Assembly (NCBI GenBank): GCA_012862495.1
Contig: BLSG01000037.1
Span: 46,721 to 95,406 of the forward strand
DNA: 48,686 bases
DNA from: Thraustochytrium aureum
Lineage: Eukaryota
Direction of reading: 5' to 3'
Shown piece by piece: positions 42,330-48,686 of this stretch; position 1 is the stretch's first letter; each line of letters begins with the position of its first letter. A program made the translations under genes and the position numbers. The notes below the pieces were generated by a model. It did not search any database. It saw only the letters and a program-made list of their open reading frames with translations, and had not been told where the DNA came from.

Positions 42330-43992
42330 ATGCTCGGGATGAGGGCAGCGAAGCGGGCCGGCGCCACGGCGCGCCTGGTTGGGACGCAGAGGCGAGGGCT
42401 GGCCTCGCTCAAGGAGGCTGCGAAGATGCTCAACCAACCGCTCAAGGAGACGGACCCGGAGCTGATGGACATCATGGAGATGGAGAAGCAGAGGCAGCGC
42501 AATAGCCTCGTGCTCATCGCGAGCGAGAACTTCACCTCCAAGTCTGTCTTCGACGCGCTCGGCTCGCCGATGAGCAACAAGTACTCGGAAGGGTACCCCG
42601 GCNNNNNNNNNNNNNNNNNNNNNNNNNNNNNNNNNNNNNNNNNNNNNNNNNNNNNNNNNNNNNNNNNNNNNNNNNNNNNNNNNNNNNNNNNNNNNNNNNN
42701 NNNNNNNNNNNNNNNNNNNNNNNNNNNNNNNNNNNNNNNNNNNNNNNNNNNNNNNNNNNNNNNNNNNNNNNNNNNNNNNNCGGTACTACGGCGGGAATGA
42801 CTACATCGACATGGTCGAGCGCCTCTGCCAGCAGCGCGCGCTCGAGGCGTTCGGCCTCGACCCGAACGAGTGGGGCGTCAACGTGCAGAGCCTCAGCGGG
42901 TCCCCGGCCAACTTTCAGGTCTACAGCGCGCTGCTCAACCCGCACGACCGCATCCTGGCCCTCGACCTGCCGCACGGGGGCCACCTGTCGCACGGCTACG
43001 CAACGCCGACCAAGAAGATCTCGGCCACTTCGATCTTCTTCGAGAGCCTCCCGTACCGGCTGGACGAGTCGACCGGGTTGATCGACTACGACTCGATGCA
43101 CTCGCTGGCCAACCTGTTCCGGCCCAAGCTCATCGTGGCCGGGACGTCGGCGTACAGCCGCCTGCTCGACTACAAGCGGTTCCGCGCCGCGGCGGACGAG
43201 AACAAGTCGGTTCTCCTCGCGGACATGGCGCACATCAGCGGCCTCGTGGCTGCCAAGGTGATCCCCTCGCCGTTCGAGTACGCCGACGTGGTCACGACCA
43301 CGACGCACAAGTCGCTCCGCGGCCCGCGCGGGGCCATGATCTTCTACCGCCTCAACGCGCCGCACCACGGCGACCTCGGCGAGCGCATCAACTTTAGCGT
43401 CTTCCCGGGCCTGCAGGGCGGCCCGCACAACCACACGATCGCCGCCCTGGCGACTGCGCTCAAGCAGGCCGCCAGCCCGGAGTTCCGGTCGTACCAGGAG
43501 CAGGTGCTCCGCAACGCCAAGGCGTTGTCCGAGCGCCTCGTGGAGCGCGGCTTTTCGCTCGTGTCGGGTGGCACGGACAACCACCTCGTCCTGGTCGACC
43601 TGAAGAAGAGCCATGACATCGACGGCGCACGCGTGGAGCGCGTCCTTGAGATGGCGTCGATCGCCACCAACAAAAACACTGTCCCTGGCGACAAGTCGGC
43701 GCTGGTTCCTGGCGGCGTGCGTCTCGGGACGCCGGCGCTCACCTCGCGCGGGTTTGATGAGGCGGACTTTCGTCAGGTCGGGGACTTTATCGACCGCGGC
43801 GTGCAGATTACGAAGGAGATCAAGGGCCAGGTCAAGGGCAAGAAGGTCAAGGACTTTCGCGACTTTCTCGAGACGGACGGCCACCCGCTCATCAACGCGC
43901 TCCGGGCGGACGTGGAGGCCTTTGCTAGCCAGTTCCCCACTGTGGGCTTTGAGGAGGGCACGATGCGCTACCCCGGAACCTACAGTGCTTGA
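42330..43992 (+). CDS. SHMT2: Serine hydroxymethyltransferase, mitochondrial-type; gap 42603-42780
   Basis: Arg-rich presequence; [16 protein letters not shown] | [35 protein letters not shown] (PLP lysine); [11 protein letters not shown]. Confidence 0.97.
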
Positions 43993-44123
43993 TAGCACTC
44001 GGCGCGGCGGTTCGAGCCGTTGGGTGTTTCCTTGGGCAGCTCGTTGGACTAGCATTGCAAGCAATTTTTTTTTACATGGACGGGAAGTTGCGCCTCGCGC
44101 GGTGCGCGCACCCCACTGCAAGC

Positions 44124-45992
44124 TCACAGTAGCCCATTCAGGCCCGTGCGCGCCTCGTCCAGGGCTTGCATGGCCACCTCCAGCCCCGCGTCAAACGAGT
44201 CACGGTCGTTCTCAAACAGCCACGCCAGCGCCAGGAGGCACGCAAAGATAGCGTTCTTGGCGACCTCCTTTCGCCGGCGCCAGCGCTTGTCGCTCTCCGA
44301 CAGCAGCTCGTCGGAGACGACAGGCTTGAGCACAGCCGTGTTGACTATCATGCCAAAGAACAAGGCAAGCACAGTGCTGGAGAGCGTGATCACGTTGTAC
44401 GGCATGCTAAAGTCCGGGAGCGGCATCGAAACGGTGAGCGGCGGTGCATAGACGGTCTGCTTTCTGTTCCCCGCGACGCGGGCAGCGTACCGCTGCAGCA
44501 GGGGCGACCCGAGGCCCCTGAGCGGGCACGAGTCCTTGCCCGAGCCCGTCGCCGTCACTGTTATAGCGGCGGAAGGAACGTCGAATCCGCGGTTCGGGTC
44601 TGGAGGAAAAACCCAGAGCGGGAGAAAGACTTGGCGAAATTCGTACGAGACGATTGCGACCGAGCCCGGGTCGAGCTCCAAGTCGAGCTCGATGAGCGAG
44701 GGCCCACCTTGCCGAGCCTCGCCGAGGCGCACGCCTTGGGGGCCCCACAGTGCGCTGGCCGGCAGAAACGCGTTGTCCACTTTGACCCGAAGCGAGGTCG
44801 GAAGAACCCGCAGATACGGCGGCACGGACTCGAGAAACCTCGCCTTCAGGCGGCCCGGTGCCGAGGGGTCTGCGAATATAGCTGTCACAACCCCGCCGCG
44901 CACTCGGCTCGAGCCCGTGGCGTACCGTCTCGTCGACACGAGTGCTGGCGTTTCCAGGGCCGTCGCCGACCCGATGCGGGCGCCCAGGCTCGAGTCTCCC
45001 TCAGCAAGGTCCACCAGACGCAGGCGCGGGGCTTGCTCGCACTCCCCCAGGGCGATCGGGGCCTCTGCGGTCTGGTCGTCGCCGCTCGTCTGGACAAAGA
45101 CCTTGGATGTCCGCGCAACGGGGCACGCTTGCAGCGGCTCCTCCGCGCCTGCCGGGCGACCTGTTATGGACTCCAGAGAGCTGACGCCGGGCGGCACGCG
45201 CGTGTTGACCTGGGTCACAGAGAGCACGAACTCGGCTTGCGGCTTCGCACAGCCAGTCCAGGGTCTGCTTGAAGAGCTTGCCGCCAGCGCGGCGTCCGCG
45301 CAGGTTCGACGCACGTGCAGCGCGACCGAATGGAACTGCGCGCGGAACAAGGTTTCAGGGCTCAGAAGCTGCGTCAGGCCTGCGTGGCGCCGGCACGGCA
45401 GCAGCTTGAGCAGCGGGGCGAGATTTTCCGTGCAGAGCGCCTCGGAGCTCAGCTGGCCGTACTTTACGGTCAGGTTGGAGGCAGGTTCGCCCTGATCGGT
45501 GAAGGCGCGCGTCGGGCTCGCCGTGGCGTTGACTCCAAGCGACTCCAGCGAGGCGCAGGTTGTGCCGGCGAGAGCTCGTGTGAGCCGCGTCCAGGCGTGC
45601 TCGGCGCCGTACTCTGAGGTCACGGCGCGATCGCTCAGGACGGCCCACATTTCAACGCCTGAGGGCGCGGGTTCGACCTGGGCACCCCAGCGCTGGCCCT
45701 CCCAGGACCCCTTTGCGAACGAGAGCCTCAGCTCTTGCACATCGAACGCCTCTACGATCTGGCCCACCAGCTTGGGGAACAGGTCAAAGTTATCCCACAC
45801 GAACTCGCCCTCCTGTTGCCATCTGGTCGTAAACTGCCACGTCGCCTGCACGACGTCCCCGCCGTCGACGCCGCCGGGCGTTCTCCGAACGAGCAGCTCC
45901 TCGTCGAACCGCTCTTTCGAGCTCGCGCTACTTGCCGATGCCGCCGCGGCGAGAGCGGTGGCAACCACGGCCCCGCCGAGACAGGCCTTCAT
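44124..45992 (-). CDS. PIGT: GPI transamidase subunit PIG-T / Gpi16
   Basis: Signal peptide from ATG 45992; FDEELL; FPKLVGQIV; EALCTENLAPLLKLLPC; FPPDPNRGF; PDFSMPYNVI followed by a TM helix. Confidence 0.95.
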   Translation of the reverse strand: MKACLGGAVVATALAAAASASSASSKERFDEELLVRRTPGGVDGGDVVQATWQFTTRWQQEGEFVWDNFDLFPKLVGQIVEAFDVQELRLSFAKGSWEGQRWGAQVEPAPSGVEMWAVLSDRAVTSEYGAEHAWTRLTRALAGTTCASLESLGVNATASPTRAFTDQGEPASNLTVKYGQLSSEALCTENLAPLLKLLPCRRHAGLTQLLSPETLFRAQFHSVALHVRRTCADAALAASSSSRPWTGCAKPQAEFVLSVTQVNTRVPPGVSSLESITGRPAGAEEPLQACPVARTSKVFVQTSGDDQTAEAPIALGECEQAPRLRLVDLAEGDSSLGARIGSATALETPALVSTRRYATGSSRVRGGVVTAIFADPSAPGRLKARFLESVPPYLRVLPTSLRVKVDNAFLPASALWGPQGVRLGEARQGGPSLIELDLELDPGSVAIVSYEFRQVFLPLWVFPPDPNRGFDVPSAAITVTATGSGKDSCPLRGLGSPLLQRYAARVAGNRKQTVYAPPLTVSMPLPDFSMPYNVITLSSTVLALFFGMIVNTAVLKPVVSDELLSESDKRWRRRKEVAKNAIFACLLALAWLFENDRDSFDAGLEVAMQALDEARTGLNGLL

Positions 45993-46668
45993 CGAGCTGC
46001 CCACGTCAGCCAGGAAATCAATATCGCTCCACCCGTTCGTTGCGCGCGAGTCCGCAACCCTGCCCTGGTGCAGTCAGAGCTGCCGCGCTGCAGTTTTGGC
46101 TCACTATCTTTCGATCAACAGATGGACCTAGCGCTGTTCTGCGGGACTGTCCACGCACCTCGCGAGGCCAGCGTTTGCTCGCGGGCGGGGTGTCTGCCGA
46201 GCAACGATCCTTCGCGCCCCAATCNNNNNNNNNNNNNNNNNNNNNNNNNNNNNNNNNNNNNNNNNNNNNNNNNNNNNNNNNNNNNNNNNNNNNNNNNNNN
46301 NNNNNNNNNNNNNNNNNNNNNNNNNNNNNNNNNNNNNNNNNNNNNNNNNNNNNNNNNNNNNNNNNNNNNNNNNNNNNNNNNNNNNNNNNNNNNNNNNNNN
46401 NNNNNNNNNNNNNNNNNNNNNNNNNNNNNNNNNNNNNNNNNNNNNNNNNNNNNNNNNNNNNNNNNNNNNNNNNNNNNNNNNNNNNNNNNNNNNNNNNNNN
46501 NNNNNNNNNNNNNNNNNNNNNNNNNNNNNNNNNNNNNNNNNNNNNNNNNNNNNNNNNNNNNNNNNNNNNNNNNNNNNNNNNNNNNNNNNNNNNNNNNNNN
46601 NNNNNNNNNNNNNNNNNNNNNNNNNNNNNNNNNNNNNNNNNNNNNNNNNNNNNNNNNAGTGGAGGACG

Positions 46669-47730
46669 ATGGCGACGCTGAAGAAAGGCGGCGTGTTCTC
46701 GCCGTATCACTGCCCGGCACCGCTGTTGACTGGGAAGGAGATGCGCGCGCTGGAGCGCGCGAGGGTGGAGGATTTTAATGCGTACCGATCAAGCGTCGAG
46801 GCGCGGGGCGGAAAGCTCGAGCTGATGTGCAGCGCCGTGGTGGAACGCCTCCCTGTGATCCTCCCCGACCTTGACGACTGGGAGGTCGACTTTCTCGAAC
46901 TGCAGCAGGAGATGAACTTGCGCAAACAAAAGGAGTGGCCAAAGGAACATTTCACCGTCCGCGGCACGCCGGGCGTGAAGCGCGACGACGTCTGGGCCTA
47001 CGAGCTGCTCGAGGTCGGCTCCAAGGGCAGGCTCGGCCCCGCCTCCTTCGACTCCAAAATCGCTGCCGAGATCGAGCGCATCAAATCCGAGGCGAAGAGC
47101 AACGAGTCGGACGCAGAGGAGCAAGCTGTTCTGGATGAGATCCAAGAGCACGATTTCGCCAAGCTAGGGACGGACCTGGCCACCGCGGAAGAAGACGACA
47201 TGCAAAACGTTGGCTTGCAGTTGGACGACGAGGGCGTCGAGTCCGACACTGTCAAGCGCGACTTTCGCCCATTGCCGCGCGAGACCGCCGCCGACGTGAC
47301 GCTCGATTCCCACACCCTCAACCGCCGCCTCCAGCGGCACCTTTACCTAATCGTCAAGATCGCAGATCCCTCTGGCCAGTCGAGCGAGCCCGTGTGGCGC
47401 TTTCCGCTCACGTCGAGCGAGCCCGACGTCCGTCTTTTCACCTCGGCGCACAAGGCTGCGGTGAGGGATTGCGGCACTGACCTCGACCTCTACTTCATCT
47501 CGCGGATGCCGGCCGGCTTCACCTGGTTTCCTCTGCCGAAGGACCACAAGAGCGGCGCAGAAGGAGCGCAGGTCTTCTTTTTCCGCGCGCAGCGCCTGGC
47601 AGGCCAGGTTGAGCTGGGCAAGAACGTGCTCGACTTTGCATGGATCGCCAGCGACGAGCTCGAGGAGCTCGTCCCAGGCTACGAGAACGACCCGTATTGG
47701 AAGTTTGCGCACATGTTCATGGAGGACTAG
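46669..47730 (+). CDS. MRPL46: Mitochondrial ribosomal protein mL46 (true start may be in the upstream gap)
   Basis: SAVVERLPVI; PRETAAD...TLNRRLQRHLYLIVK; WRFP; VFFFRA; DFAWIASDEL (Nudix-like mL46 C-terminal domain). Confidence 0.85.
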   Translation: MATLKKGGVFSPYHCPAPLLTGKEMRALERARVEDFNAYRSSVEARGGKLELMCSAVVERLPVILPDLDDWEVDFLELQQEMNLRKQKEWPKEHFTVRGTPGVKRDDVWAYELLEVGSKGRLGPASFDSKIAAEIERIKSEAKSNESDAEEQAVLDEIQEHDFAKLGTDLATAEEDDMQNVGLQLDDEGVESDTVKRDFRPLPRETAADVTLDSHTLNRRLQRHLYLIVKIADPSGQSSEPVWRFPLTSSEPDVRLFTSAHKAAVRDCGTDLDLYFISRMPAGFTWFPLPKDHKSGAEGAQVFFFRAQRLAGQVELGKNVLDFAWIASDELEELVPGYENDPYWKFAHMFMED

Positions 47731-48686
47731 TTAGCATGGAGGTCCACTACTTGCCAACTGGCTCCAGAACGGAGACTGCGGCACGAGTCCGGCCGGCCGG
47801 CCGTTTATTCGGAGGATGCTGGCGCGAGCTCGACGCCTCCCAACTTGTGGTACGCGCAGTCGGTGGGCTTACACGGGCCCCCTGCGCCCCGCTTCGTGCC
47901 GCGCGTCTGGCTGGCGGCCGCTCTCATTCATTCTGCCGCCTCGGCGTCCAATTGTGCGAAGGCACGCAAACGTTTTTACCTCTCCCCCCTGCTCTGACTT
48001 TCCTACTCGTGCCTTGCTGTGCCTTGCGTTTTTCTGTTCTGCTTTCGTCTCTGTGGCGGTGCAGTGTCTTGTCTGTTGCGCCGACTGTTCCGAAAACGAA
48101 CGAGGGCCTCAGGGTCTCGGGCGAACCGTTGTTCGCCGGTGGCGCCGACTCGGAGGTTGCCGCAGTCGGGCAGTACTCAACTCGGCTCATCAGAAACTCA
48201 ATTGAAAGATACATTGTCACAACTTGTAGGTGCGGCAAGCGGGCGCTCTACAACGTGCGTGCATAATTGCGCGCGTGCGTGCGTGCATGGGTTGGGTGAT
48301 TGCATGCCTGCGCGTCCACGCCTTACCTCACCGACGAGACAGGCTCGTCGGTGCAGATGTCGGTGTGGTCCACCACATCCAGCAAATCAATATTTGGGAG
48401 GTCCCGGTCAAACGGGCGCTGCACAATCTCACACGCAGGAACGCGCGCGGCGTCCCCGACAAGGCCGGGAATAAGCCCCTGCGGCAGGTCTTTGCCATGC
48501 AAAGCATCAAAGTCAGCGCGCCGGCTGTTCTCTTCTTGAGCGAGCCAAGCCACCTCGTCGGCGACAGCAGCGAGGCGCGCCGCGTATCGCGTCGCGAATT
48601 CCCTACGCCGCGCGACCTCGGCGAGCGAGGCGCCAAAAAACNTCTGGGGAGCCTTTTAACGCTCCCGATGCGATTGAGAATCGAAC

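Noticed and set aside
42603..42780. Frameshift or insertion in SHMT
   Set aside because: Only about one codon is missing between YPG and RYYGG, so the gap is an intron or a mis-sized gap. The same applies to frame changes across gaps in GII-beta, LRR, ARM and DUF4460 genes.
47924..48686. Possible spliced minus-strand gene at the window end (donor-like GTGAG/GTAAG near 48327, TAG acceptor near 48248)
   Set aside because: The peptides are unrecognisable, no GCTGAC branch motif is present and the start is unclear; support is insufficient.

Overview
GC-rich, gene-dense, intron-poor eukaryotic scaffold, not a prokaryote: spliceosomal GT-AG introns and genes for meckelin, PIG-T, a DENN protein and mitoribosomal mL46 are present. 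The style suggests a flagellated protist such as a thraustochytrid/labyrinthulomycete, but that is inference. About 12 N-gaps interrupt several genes, and frames often shift across them. About 20 protein-coding genes are supported: purple acid phosphatase, a secreted repeat protein, glucosidase II beta, a POLD4-like protein with a zinc knuckle, a stand-alone Poa1p/TARG1-type macrodomain protein, DRG2, a large LRR protein, an ARM-repeat protein, adenylosuccinate lyase, a DENN-ENTH protein, meckelin, a MED30-like protein, a DUF4460/TCAIM-like protein, two tandem 7TM receptors, mitochondrial SHMT, PIG-T and mL46. The standout is a 977-aa protein (4379-7312, minus) that fuses a macrodomain-like N-terminus to three TIR domains, only the middle one keeping the catalytic Glu. 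It is a candidate single-chain, Thoeris-like NAD+/ADP-ribose innate-immune module in a protist. All domain calls come from motif recognition by eye; no searches were run.
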